A stretch of 64,000 nt of DNA from NCBI RefSeq assembly GCF_009914755.1, contig NC_060931.1; one strand, written 5' to 3'. The notes below the pieces were generated by a model. That model saw nothing but the letters and a program-made list of their open reading frames with translations. It made no database searches and was not told the origin of the DNA. Positions 12,565-28,664 of the stretch are shown here, piece after piece; the stretch's first letter is position 1; every line of letters starts with the position of its first letter. The DNA is from the human T2T-CHM13v2.0 reference genome, Homo sapiens. The position numbers were made by a program, and so were the translations under genes.

Positions 12565-12900
12565 GTTGGCTGGGATAGGTTGTTGTAATCATGACCCCAA
12601 TGTATTCACACATCTCTGTATGCATGACATTTTGCAAGGTGACTTTCCTGATTCTCTTACAAGAGGTGAAGTCTATTTCTCTACTCCTTGACCAGTGCCT
12701 TGTTTTGGCCAATGCAACAAGTGCAAAAGTAATCCAAACAGAGGCTTGAAAGTGCTTGCACATTGGTGACTGCTCTCTTGCTGTCAGTAGCCTTTTGCCA
12801 CTAGGTGACAAGCCCAGGATGGTGGGCTTCAGGGTGAGGACCTGGTGGTGAGGGCTGAGCAGCCATCCCATATGAGGTCCCAGACAAGAGGTACCTGCAG
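12565..12900 (+). mobile_element. MLT1 (G/H-like) MaLR LTR fragment
   Basis: aagaggtgaagtctatttctc...ttggccaat...cagaggcttgaaagtgcttgcacattgg motifs. Confidence 0.7.
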
Positions 12901-13561
12901 AATTGTGACATGAGCTCTCAGAGGCGTTTTGTGCCCTTTCAGCTTTCTCTTCCTTTAAATGGATATTTGGGAAAAGTTAAAAATAAGAAAACTTTAAAAA
13001 TACTATTTAGTATCATTTCTCAGTGAAATGACATTCTTAATTTCTTGTTGATAGATTTCACTTTTAAATCTTCTTGTGGTTTCATGAGCAGAGTAACCAA
13101 TGGGATATATTTGCAGACAAGCCCATTTTTGCCTTTTAATAGTGCATACAATCATGAAAATGCTATTTCTTGTTTGAATTTACTAGGTTTTGGAGTGGGT
13201 CACTAGGCAGCACAATCTAATAGTGTCTAAATGAGACAACCCGTGCAAAATGCAAGACACAGTGTCAGGCACATACTGGTTGTTCCATGCTTGTTTGTTG
13301 AATAAAAGCAAGAATATTTAACTTATTCTTGAAATAGAAAGTGAAATATTTTTCCAACTTTGAGATCCTCTTACATGGAACTATAGTGCATCTATATTTA
13401 TTTCTTCATATCTTTTTCTTAATCCTGATGTTAATTTTGCATATGCCGATTTTTAGACACTCATTGAAGGCATAATTGCAAAAAGGTGGAACTAGGGATG
13501 GAAAAGCAAAGGAGAGAGGGCAGAAAACAAAGTAGGAGAAAGTTTGTACAGTGTAGTCTTG

Positions 13562-13596
13562 ATTGCTTCTCAGTCTTTTGGCTAAGATCAAGTGTA
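13562..13596 (+). pseudogene. U2 snRNA retropseudogene, nt 1-35 only (3'-truncated, tailless)
   Basis: attgcttctcagtcttttggctaagatcaagtgta matches U2 ATCGCTTCTCGGCCTTTTGGCTAAGATCAAGTGTA at 32/35, starting at U2 +1; degenerate 17-bp direct repeats at 13545-13561 and 13593-13609. Confidence 0.92.
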
Positions 13597-14073
13597 TAGC
13601 ATGGTCTTGGCTCAGCTACAGAAAGTGGATGTGAAATAATCGTGGCCTTAAAACTACTTGGGAATGGGTTGGAGTGAAGAAGCTGATAGATGTCTTAGAA
13701 GAATCAGGTACCTCTTCTGTCTTTTCATGTGCACATGAGGTAGCATTAAGGCTGTGTTTAACTTCTGTATTTGGGAGAGCGGTTGAGAAATACCTACTTA
13801 GCTCTGGCAATATGACTGAGTTAAGTAAACATTTCCCAGACTGTTCATATCTCAAGCTCCCAAGTTAACTGCAATTCGAGACCTTAAAGGCATGTTTCAA
13901 CAGTTCATAATTATAAAGCACTGAACATTTAAATGGAAGACCAAGAACAACAACAACAAAAGAAAATATCAATCAAATGCTTTTTTTCGATATGTAGATC
14001 AGCAAAATGAATTACAAGCATTTCATTTACACTTCAAAGATAGAAGATCTTGAAATACCTCAATCACATGAAA

Positions 14074-14297
14074 CAGAGGTTGGCAAACTACAACCTGCAG
14101 AATAAATCTGGCCTGCCACCTGTTTTGGTAAATAAAGCTTTACTGGAACACAAACATGCTCGTTCATTTGCATATTGTCTATGGCTGATTTGAGCTACAC
14201 TAGCAGAGTTGAGTAATTCAGACACAAACCAGATGGCCTGCAAAGCCTAAAATATTTACCGTCTGCTCCTTTAAAGAAAATGTTTTTCCAGCCCCTG
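14074..14297 (+). mobile_element. MER58A (hAT-Charlie) DNA transposon
   Basis: TIRs cagaggttggcaaac / tttttccagcccctg, characteristic body, degenerate 8-bp TSD acatgaaa/acatagaa. Confidence 0.88.
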
Positions 14298-15789
14298 ACA
14301 TAGAAGAAGGTAAATGGAAACTATGCTTGTACCTCTGTGAATACCAGTCACTCAAGATGTGTAAAATATCAATGGTATTCTCTTCATATTACCTTTGCTA
14401 TCTTTGCTATTTCATTTGGTGACCTTGTATTGAGCATTCTGGCTTGAATATGGGACTCAGGTATATCCAGGCAGGGGAAGTGAGAGCTCTAGAAGCCCGC
14501 TTTCATGGGGACTGAGGAGCATCTTTGGAGAACTTCATTTGGGGCAAGACCAAGTCAGGAACACAGGGCTCACCTCAGTAACAGAGTGTTGGCTGCCACC
14601 AAGGGGCATTTCTGAGTACAGCTCGGTTTCAGTTATTGAAATTTGTTTTCCAATCACAACTTCATCAAACTTACCTTTTCTTTCTCATGAAATCAGGAAC
14701 CAAAATTATTCTGAGTTATTTCACAGAAGTATCTTTAAGAAATCAGTCATATACAGTGCTGCTTCGCAATCCCTTTGAAGGGGCATAAACACACAAAAAT
14801 GAAAGGGAAAGAGGCATCTCTCCCTTCAGTGCCACACAATAAATGTCATGCAATTCTGGCAATGTGTTGACTCTGGTAAGGTTTTGGTATCAAGGAATGT
14901 GGTGACCAAGATGGTGGATGGCTGTAGAGGGCAGAGTGCCTACTTAGTGAAGCTTGGTTGAACAGAAAGTTTGAACAGAAAGAAGCACTGGCCCTTGGAG
15001 CTTGGGCTGCAGTATAAGAAGTGCAGAGGAAACCTCAGCTCCGGCAGAGTGGCCCCGAGGGCCAGGGACTTGGCAGAGCTGGATGATGCTTAGAGACCAT
15101 CACTCAGCACTCAAGTTTCAGCCAACTTTCTGAGTTACCCCTGACCACACTGGAGTGGAAGAAATAAATATTTTGTTCTCATCAGAATTATTTTTCCCTT
15201 TGTTTAAAAGTAGCTGAGGGAATCAGAGTAGATAGGAATCAGAGAATTGCTTTTGTGCCAGCAGGAATATAAGGAAAAGAGAATGTGCCTTCGGTTTGCT
15301 CTTCCTCCTAACCTCAAGCCATGAGTTTTTTTCTTCCCCAGGAAGTAATGACCTTTAGGCTCACATGCTTATCTTTACAGGTTTGCAAAGAACCAGTGCA
15401 AAAGCCCTTTCACCACACCAGAGAGATTTTGAGGCCAAGCTCCAAAACTCTAAGGGAAAGAGAGGCCAGCTGCTGAGAAAATACAGGTCTCTTTCCAAAT
15501 CAAAGAAAGACAATCTTTCCCTAACTTTGATCATGTCACTTAATCTTTCATAGTCTAAGCTAAAAAATTAATACTATTTATAGAGAGATTCTTCCAAGAA
15601 AGGGGCCCTATGCCTTTTATTTTCAAGAAGTATTTCCTCTATAATGGGTGTAATGTGCTTTCTGGAGGAATGGCTTATATGTAAGAATGATACTTCACCT
15701 ATAGACCATTGTAAAATTTCCTCAAATTCATCACAGAAGTAAAATGAAAGCTAGGGATGATGGGTAGCCAGCTCCACAAAAAGAGTCTT

Positions 15790-15955
15790 TATGGTAAAAT
15801 ATATTAGGGAAATGCTAAATTTGAAAAAAAATAAATGGTTTATTTACTTCAGAACTTCTGAGGTTCTTAAATATACCAATATATGAAATGCAGTTTTACA
15901 TGAGTGATATAATTTGAAGTATTATCCAAATGTATTTGACCACTGGGACCCTTTT
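15790..15955. mobile_element. MER103-like hAT relic
   Basis: gggaaatgct...tttacttcagaacttctgag...atccaaatgtatttgaccactgggaccctttt. Confidence 0.55.
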
Positions 15956-16044
15956 GTACACCATAATGTTACACAAAGTGCATTCATTCTTTGCACGTTT
16001 TAAAACCTCAATTTATTATGGGACAGGAATTTGCTTAGGATGGT

Positions 16045-16622
16045 AGAAATCTGGGAGTATGCATTGTGTTAGACAGAACTCTTGGGGCTGAAGGTGATAC
16101 AAATTCAATGCAAAATAGCTTAACTAAAACCAAAATGCTCTTCTCATGTCGCTGAGGAGCTGGGGTGTGTGACTGAGCAGGGGCTCAAGCAGAGGACTTG
16201 CCTCACATACCGCCTCAGTCCTCTCTCTCTCTCCCCTTCCATCTTTCAGCTTTTCTTTTCTCTGGTTTTATTTTTGTTTGATTTTGCTTTGTTTTGTTGT
16301 TTCCCCCAAACAGGCTCTTTCTACAAGGTGGAAGGAAAGAATGCTTCTTTTCTGAGAATCTCAGCAAAATTCAGAAAGAGCACTCACTGTCTAACTTTGG
16401 TGATGGATCCTCCCCTAATCCAAAAACTATGACAAAGAAATGCAGAATTATAATGGGTTAGGTCGAGGGCATGTGTCCACTCCATGATGGAAGTGAAGAA
16501 GGAGTTATTTCCATTCGATCTATATGGAATATGTTATTGATAAGAGAAATCTTATCAATTTAATTTTTAATGGAAGATAAATGAAGAGATGTCGGGCAGG
16601 TTGAAATCAACCAATGTCCACT
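16045..16622 (-). mobile_element. Old MLT1 (K/L/N-like) LTR
   Basis: Begins tgtgttagacagaactcttgggg...aaaatagcttaa; ends aatgtccact. Confidence 0.5.
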
Positions 16623-16819
16623 CGGTCCGTTCATGCATACATCATGTCTGGTGGGGTGCCTCCCTGCTTAGGCTTTTAACTTATCAATCCTGGGTCACAG
16701 TCATTATCTCTGGTCAAGTAAATTCACTTGGAATGAAACATGTCTGTGACACCTATGTTCTCCTTTATCTTGTACAAAGTATTAACTCTGTAAACCAGAG
16801 AGTAAAAAGATTCTCTAAA

Positions 16820-17196
16820 AGAGTCATTTGCAAAGTGTGATCCTACAGCAGCATCAATACCAGCTTGAAACTTGGTAGAAAGGCAAACAGTTGGATGCCA
16901 CCCAGACCTACTAAAGCAAATCTCCAGGGTGGGACACAGTAATGTGTTTTCTCAAGCCCTCTAGGTGATGCTGAAGTACACTAAACCTGAGAACCACTGC
17001 TATTTAGAGATAGTTCAGAATCACTTAACCGTTGGTCACTTCGGAACCTCAGATAGAACCTTTCTCTTAATAATCTGCATGAGGATCTCTTCTCTGCTCA
17101 TTTTGATTCAACAGGTGTGGGATGGTGCTTGTTCATCTGTATTTTACCAGAGCTCCAGAAGTAATTTAACTGTGTATTCAAGTTTAAGGACCACTG
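16820..17196. mobile_element. Two MER5-type (hAT-Charlie) relics
   Basis: cccagacctactaaagcaaatctccagggtggg...aagccctctaggtgatgctga...tgagaaccactg; second copy ends aagtttaaggaccactg. Confidence 0.7.
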
Positions 17197-17789
17197 TTTG
17201 AAAAGAGCAAAATGTTTAAGGTAAGGCTGGTAGCTAAATTTCAACAGTGTAGGCAGCCACCACAATTCAAGAACAGCCCGTTAATTGGGACAGAATAGAA
17301 ACTGACCCCAGGATTTGAAAGCAGCTGTAGCAGAAGAACTCAAGCCAGGAAGGCTAATGAAATGTGATGACGATGAAGGAAGCCCTTTCAAAGGATGTGG
17401 TATAACTGAGCAACACTCAGGAACTGAAGAAGAGAGAGGCTCCTGCAACTCAGCAATCCTAGAGATTTGGAAGGGGACAAGGCACAGAACAAAAGAATGT
17501 TTGAGCAAAGGCATTAGATAATCTTGCAAGGTCTAGAGGCAGGGCCCTAGGTGGCAACAGATTCTACCACCAGGCTACGGACAATATGCATACAGATATC
17601 TTCCAAAATATAGACATTTTCTGTTATTTCAGCTCTCCTGACACACGTGGAAAACAACTCACCAGCAGTGTCATTTTGGGATATAGAAAGCAAAGAGACA
17701 TAACACCCTTCAACAAGAATCTTGGCAGCATCAGTAATCTCAACACGTATTAAAAATACCAGCAAGTGCTTGATTTCCTGAGGGATAGT

Positions 17790-17950
17790 TATGCAGAAAA
17801 GGGTGACCAGCTGTTCTCCCTTTCCCAGAGGATGTGAGCTTAAGTGGCAATACAGAGGATGCAGGTTATCATAAGGAGATACTTCTGCCAAGAAAGTCTT
17901 GAGATGCAGACACTAAAATGGATTATCACGAGAAGCTGAGGAAGGCCAGA
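17790..17950 (+). mobile_element. L3/CR1 fragment
   Basis: gaggatgtgagcttaagtggcaatacagaggatgcaggttatcataagg resembles the CR1 3' ORF2 end. Confidence 0.45.
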
Positions 17951-19961
17951 GGGAGCTGTCTCCTGGGGTGGGGCCCATTGCACTCAGAGCTCTTCTTGCT
18001 TCCCTGAGATAGTCCCTGGTATCTCTGCAAACTCCATCGAAGGAAGCAGACGTGGAACAGTTTCTAATACGTGGTTTGCCAAAACATTGAGGACTTGAGG
18101 GAATGAGGCACAGAGCCTGTTAGGTTTAAATAATCCTCTGACGGCTCCCCTGGGAACTCCCTAACAATCCAAATTAGAGCATGCATGCAAGCAATCTATT
18201 CTTGAGTATTTAATAAAGGATGTTCCAGTTGGTGGATTTCCGTGACCCTTCGCTTCTTTTTTCTACCTACTTTTAATCATTTCACTGCCTTTTAGCACTT
18301 CCACCAAGTGATGGTAGATGGAAACTGGAGAGAAAAACTCAAGTCAGTTTTGCTATAGGTTAGCAGCTCTGCTATAGGAAGTGGCCTCCTAAAACTCAGA
18401 GGGACAAAAGCCTGCTTAATAAACACAGTAAAGGGAATGCCGTCTATCTGAAGTCTCCCCAGAAACAGTGTGGTGTAAGAAAGATGGCACAGGATTGACA
18501 GTTGGTCAACTTCATTCTCGTACAAATTGAATCTCCGTTCATCACTGGTAAGACTGAGATAAAACCCTTTACCTAGTGGGGTCCTGGTAGGAACCAAATA
18601 AGCTAATAAATGCTCAGTGTGGAACACTCTCTCCCTGTGCTGTTAGTGCTGCTAAACCACAGAACCCTGGCTCATCCTTTAAACAGAATCCTGAAGGACC
18701 CCAAAACCAGGTCTAAGGGGAGGAAGAATAAATGAAGAAGAAAGGAGCAGTGAAAGGCAGAAATGTAGGAGCTGAATCAATAGCACACAGACTGCTGGGG
18801 CTGTTGCATCTCTAAAGCTATTGCCTACTACTGGTACTACTACCACCACCACTATTATTGGGAGTTTATTAAGGACTTGCTGTATGCCAAAGACTCAAGT
18901 ATATGGCCTCTGATCATCTAACTAGTAAGTGCAGATCCTGGATCAGAACCGAAATATGCCTGAATTCAAAGCCCATGCATTTGTTACACCCTGGATGATG
19001 GTGAACAAAGACTAGATTCCAGTGAAGGAATGCTATGTGTTTCTAACTTTTTTTAACGGTTTTTTTTTTAATTCTCCATGCAGACTCTCACTAAGTGAGG
19101 TTCCCTAAGCTTGCTCTTACTCCCTGTAATCTGACAGAGCCTGAATATACAACTTGAGTTCCCCCATGTGTTTGCTCCTGACCTCTATTTGATAGAGCAA
19201 TCTCTTAAGTAGAAACTGGTTTCTGGACATCTTCACGCTAGCATGGTTATTTAATACTATGAATCTCCCTCTGTACACTGCTTTAACTGCATCTCACAGA
19301 TTTCGATAATTTTTGTTCCATTTTTCTAATTTCCCTTTGGATTTCCTCTCTGACTTATTATTTAGATGTATATTGTTTAATTTTCAACAGTTTGGAGATT
19401 TTACTATTGTCTTCCTGTTATTGATTTCTAATTTAATTTCATTATGGTTGGAAAATACACTTTGTTTGATTTTATTTCTTTTAAGTTGTTAAGTTTATTT
19501 TATGACCAAGGATATAATCTATCTTGATAAATGTCCATGTGTTCTTGAAAGGTATGTGTATTCTGTTATTGTTAGATAGTATCAGTTAAATCCATTTGTT
19601 AGATAAGTATCAGTTAAATCCATTTGGCTGTGGTATTATATTTGTTCCTCTTTTTCCCTGCTGATTTTATTTCTACCTTTTTACTGATTACTGAAAGAGA
19701 TGTCAAAGTCTTTAACTATAATTTCTCCTCCTATTTCTCTTACCTTTATTTTGACATTATGTTGTTAGGTATATAAATGCTTAGGCTATTATGTTTATCT
19801 GTGATTTTATCATTATGTAGTGTCTCTCTTTATCCCTAGTAATTTTACTTACTGTGAAGTGTACTTTATCTGATATTTATATAGCCACATAAGCTTTTTC
19901 TCCATTACTGTTTGCAGTTATCTTCTCTATTATTTTGCCTTTATCCTAACCATATCTTTAC

Positions 19962-19962
<1 letters not shown>

Positions 19963-20000
<38 letters not shown>

Positions 20001-20117
20001 TTTTAGAGAAGAGGTCTCACTTTGTTGCCCAGGCTGGCCTCAAACTCCTAGGCTCAAGTGGTCTTCACACCTCAGCCTTCCAAGTAGTGGGGATTACATA
20101 TGCCACTATGCCTAGCT
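19963..20117 (-). mobile_element. FLAM/AluJ left monomer with (TTTA)n tail
   Basis: gaggtctcactttgttgcccaggctggcctcaaactcctaggctcaag. Confidence 0.85.
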
Positions 20118-20492
20118 CATCCATATCATCATTTTAAAATGGGATTGTTTTAGACAGTTTACGGTTTCGATTTTATTTTTATTTATTATGACAATCTAAA
20201 TACTTTAATTGGTGTGTTTAGATCATTTATATTCCATGTTATTATTTTTATATTTGGATTTAGGTCTACCATTTTTATTATTATTATTATTATACTTTAA
20301 GTTTTAGGGTACATGTGCACAATGTGCAGGTTTGTTACATATGTATACATGTGCCATGTTGGTGTGCTGCACCCATTAACTCGTCATTTAACATTAGGTA
20401 TATCTCCAAATGCTATCCCTCTCCCTTCCCCCACCCCACAACAGTCCCTGGAGTGTGATGTTCCCCTTCCTGTGTCCATGTGTTCTCATTGT

Positions 20493-24337
<3,845 letters not shown>

Positions 24338-24385
24338 TTATTTTGCTCGTTAGTTGATGCAGTTTCTTCCTAGCCTTGATGGTCT

Positions 24386-25402
24386 TTACATTTTGGCATG
24401 TTTTTGCAGTGGCTGGTACTGGTTGTTCCTTTCCATGTTTAGTGCTTCCTTCAGGAGCTCTTTTAGGGCAGGCCAGGTGGTGACAAAATCTCTCGGCATT
24501 TGCTTGTCTGTGAAGTATTTTATTTCTCCTTCACTTATGAAGCTTAGTTTGGCTGGATATGAAATTCTGGGTTGAAAATTCTTTTCTTTAAGAATGTTGA
24601 ATATTGGCCTCCACTCTCTTCTGGCTTGTAGAGTTTCTGCCAAGAGATCTGCTGTTAGTCTGATGGGCTTCCCTTTGTGGGTAACCGGACCTTTCTCTCT
24701 GGCTGCCCTTAACATTTTTTCCTTCATTTCAACTTTGGTGAATCTGACAATTATGTGTCTTGGAGTTGCTCTTCTCGAGGAGTATCTTTGTGGGGTTCTC
24801 AGTATTTCCTGAATCTGAATGTTGGCCTGCCTTGCTAGATTGGGGAAGTTCTCCTGGATAATATCCTGCAGAGTGTTTTCCAACTTGGTTCCATTCTACC
24901 CGTCACTTTCAGGTACACCAATCAGACGTAGATTTGGTCTTTTCACATAGTCCCATATTTCTTGGAGGCTTTATTCATTTCTTTTTATTCTTTTTTCTCT
25001 AAACTTCCCTTCTCACTTCATTTCATTCATTTCATCTTCCATCACTGATACCCTTTTTTCCAGTTGATTGCGTCGGCTCCTGAGGCTTCTGCATTCTTCA
25101 CGTAGTTCTCGAGCCTTGGCTTTCAGCTCCATCAGTTCCTTTAAGGACTTCTCTGCATTGGTTATTCTAGGTATCCATTCGTGTAATTTTTTTTCAAAGT
25201 TTTTAACTTCTTTGCCATTGGTTTGAATTTCCTCCTGTAGCTTGGAGTAGTTTGATCGTCTGAAGCCTTCTTCTCTCAACTCGTCAAAGTCATTCTCCAT
25301 CCAGCTTTGTTCCATTGCTGGTGAGGAGCTGCATTCCTTTGGAGGAGGAGAGGCACTCTGCTTTTTAGGGTTTCCAGTTTTTCTGCTCTGTTTTTTCCCC
25401 AT
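24386..25402 (-). pseudogene. L1 ORF1p, interrupted
   Basis: ORF pieces 25013-25402 (MGKKQSRKTGN) and 24386-24883 (QENFPNLARQANIQIQE...LQKHAKM). Confidence 0.93.
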
Positions 25403-26012
25403 CTTTGTGGTTTTATCTACTTTTGGTCTTTGATGATGGTGATGTACAGATGGGTTGTTGGTGTGGATGTCCTTTCTGTTTGTTTGTTTTCCCTCTAACA
25501 GACAGGATCCTCAGCTGCAGGTCTGTTGGAGTTTGCTAGAGGTCCACTCCAGACCCTGTTTGCCTGGGTATCAGCAGTGGTGGCTGCAGAACAGCAGTGG
25601 CTGCAGAACAGCGGTGGCTGTAGAACAGCGGATATTGGTGAACCACAAATGCTACTGCCGTATCGTTCCTCTGGAAATTTTGTCTCAGAGGAGTACCCAG
25701 CCGTGTGAGGTGTCAGTCTGCCCCTACCAGGGGGGTGCCTCCCAATTAGGCTGCTCGGGGGTCAGGGACCCACTTGAGGAGGCAGTCTGCCTTTTCTCAG
25801 ATCTCCAGCTGTGTGCTGGGAGAACTACTACTCTCTTCAAAGCTGTCAGACAGGGACATTTAAGTCTGCGGAGGTTACTGCTGTCTTTTGTTTGTCTGTG
25901 CCCTGCCCCTAGAGGTGGAGCCTACAGAGGCAGGAAGGCCTCCTTGAGCTGTGGTGGGCTCCACCCAGTTGGAGCTTCCTGGCTGCTTTGTTTACCTAAT
26001 CAAGCCTGGGCA

Positions 26013-26276
26013 ATGGTAGGCGCCCCTCCCCCAGCCTTGCTGCCACCTTGCAGTTTGATCTCAGACTGCTGTGCTAGCAATCAGCGAGACTCCGTGGGCG
26101 TAGGACCCTCTGAGTCAGGTGAGGGATATTCTCTCCTGGTGTGCCGTTTTTTAAGCCCATTGGAAAAGCTCAGTATTAGGGTAGGAGTGACCCGATTTTC
26201 CAGGTGCTGTCTGTCACCCCTTTCTTTGACTAGGAAAGGGAACTCCCTGACCCCTTGCACTTCCCGAGTGAGGTGA
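26013..26276 (+). CDS. L1 antisense ORF0-like frame (87 aa), open; translation unproven
   Basis: MVGAPPPALLPPCSLISDCCASNQRDSVGVGPS... matches primate L1 ORF0; good Kozak gcaATGG; lies in the antisense-promoter region. Confidence 0.5.
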   Translation: MVGAPPPALLPPCSLISDCCASNQRDSVGVGPSESGEGYSLLVCRFLSPLEKLSIRVGVTRFSRCCLSPLSLTRKGNSLTPCTSRVR

Positions 26277-27016
26277 TGCCTCGCCCTGCTTTGGCTCGCA
26301 CACGGTGCACTGCAGCCACTGTCCTGCACCTACTGTCTGGCACTCCCCAGTGAGATGAACCCGGTACCTCAGATGGAAATGCAGAAGTCACCCATTTTCT
26401 GCATCACTCAACCTGGGAGCTGTAGACCAGAGCTGTTCCTATTCAGCCATCTTGGCTCCACCAACTCCATTTTGTTTTTTGTATTGTTTGCTTCCTCTGC
26501 TTTTTATTCCTGTTTTTCTCCTTAATTGTTTGAATTTTTGAGCATTTCATTTTAATTTTTCTGTTCCATTTAGATGATATTTCTTTGAATAGGTTTTTAA
26601 AGTGGTTTTATTGCAAATTATAATATACAAACTTAACTTTCCACAGTCTACTTAGGGTTGATATTTTACTACTTCACATGGAATGTTGAAATCTTCCTGC
26701 CATATAGATCTCTTTATTCTCCCCTATCCTGTGTTGTAGTTCTCATATATTACATCTACATACTTTAAAGCCTCTTCAGACCATGCGATACCATTTTCTC
26801 TTAACTGCATAAATTTGAACATAAGAGAAAAATAGTCTATTATATTTACATATATATGTAGCATTTCTTTTACTGTTCCTTCATTGCTGTAAGTTTCTTT
26901 CTGGTATCATTTTCCTTCTGCCAAAAGAACTTACTTTAGTACTTCTTTCATAACAGCTCTACTAATGAGATATACTCTTATACCCTTAGTTTTTCTTTAT
27001 CTGAGAATATCTTCAT

Positions 27017-27315
27017 TTTTTTTTTTTTTTTGATACAGTCTTGCTGTTGTTGTCACCCAGGCTGGAGTGCAATGACATGATCTCAGCTCACTGCAACCTC
27101 CGCCTCCCAGATTCCAGCAATTCTCTTGCCTCAGCCTCCCGAATAACTGAGATTACAGATGCCCACCACCAAGTCTGGCTAAATTTTGTATTTTTAGTAG
27201 AGACGGGGTTTCAGTATGTTGGCCAGGCTGGTCTCGATCTCCTGACCTCAGGTGATCTACCTGCCTTGATCTCCCAAAGTGCTGGGATTACAGGCATGAG
27301 CCACTGTGCCTGGCC
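27017..27315 (-). mobile_element. AluS (Sp/Sq-like), full length
   Basis: Poly-T, dimeric Alu body, ends gcctggcc. Confidence 0.93.
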
Positions 27316-27588
27316 TATTACATCTTTATTTCTAAAGAATATTTTTGCTGAGTATACTATTCATAATTGATAGTTCTTTTTCTTTAACACTTTAATGATG
27401 TATTTATGCTACCTTTTTACCTCCATGGTTTCCAGTAAGAAATAAGCAGTCATTGCTTCCCTTCGGTAGTGCATTGTTTTCCTCTAGCTGCTTTCAAATA
27501 TTTTTCATTTCCTAAATTTATAGCTGTTAGATTACAATGTTTCTGGGTATGGGTTTCTTTGAGTTTATCCTTTTGGAGGTTTGCTGTA

Positions 27589-28015
27589 TACTGTGGCTTG
27601 GTTTGTTTGACTCCTCCAAATCTCATGCTGAAATTTGATCCCCAGTGTTGGAAGTGGGGCCTGATGGGAGGTGTTTTGGTCATGGGAGTGGATCCCTCGT
27701 GAATGACTTGGTGCCATTTACACAGTGATGAGTGAGTTCTTGCTCTACTAGTTCCCGTAAGAGCTGGTTGTAAAAAAGAGCCTGGAAACTCCCCTCGATT
27801 CTCTTGTTTCCTCTCTCCCCATATGATGTCTGCACATGGCAGCTCCCCTTCACCTTCCACCTTTTGTGGAAGTGGCCTGAAGCTCTCACCAGAGGCAGAT
27901 GCTGCTGCCATGCTTCTGGTACAACCTGAAGAACCATGAGCCAATTAAACTTCTTTTCTTTACAAACTGCTCAGTCTCAGGTGTTCCTTTACAGCCATAC
28001 AAATGGACTAAGACA
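27589..28015 (+). mobile_element. MSTB-type solo LTR (MaLR), perfect 5-bp TSD
   Basis: aaatctcatgctgaaatttgatccccagtgttgg...ggactaagaca; TSD ctgta at 27584-27588 and 28016-28020. Confidence 0.9.
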
Positions 28016-28664
28016 CTGTACTTCTGTAATCTGCAAGTTAATGTCTTTTGCCAAATTTAGAAATGTTCAGCCATTGTTTCTCAAACAAGTTTTCTGTGAC
28101 AGTCTTTTTCTGGAACTCTGATGATGTAAATGTCTTTTGCTTTTTCCAGAGTTCTCTTAGTCTTTGTTCATTTTTGTCAATCCTTTTTTTCTCTGTCATT
28201 AAGGTTGTATAATTTCTCTCTTCAAATTTACTCTTTTGTTTGTCTTCTCATTCTAATATTGACCCCACCCTCTGAATTAGTTATGTCCATTTTATTAGTT
28301 CCCAAATTTCCATTTAGTTCTTCTTTATGTTATCTATTTCTTTGCTGAGAATTTTGACTTTTCTGTTTGTTTCAAGGATGGTCTGCCTTACTCCCTGGAG
28401 CATAATCATAATGGCGACTTTTGATTGCCTTTTCCACTGTGAGTTGAGATTTATCAATCTTTCACTAGCTGAGGAAATTTTGGATTGTATCATGGACATT
28501 TTGAATATTATATCATGAGAATCTGGATCTCGTTTAAATCTTAAGGAGACAGTTGAGTTTTTCTTCTTTCATTTTTTAACAGGCAAGATATCTGGTTAGT
28601 TTCAGTGTACATCTTTTTTTCACATTTAAAATAAATTTTTATTTTCAAAAATCACATATTAATT

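Noticed and set aside
10959-15250. Short tandem duplications (tggaccatgac x2, ttgaacagaaag x2, ctttgctat x2)
   Set aside because: Ordinary slippage-size events without further structure.
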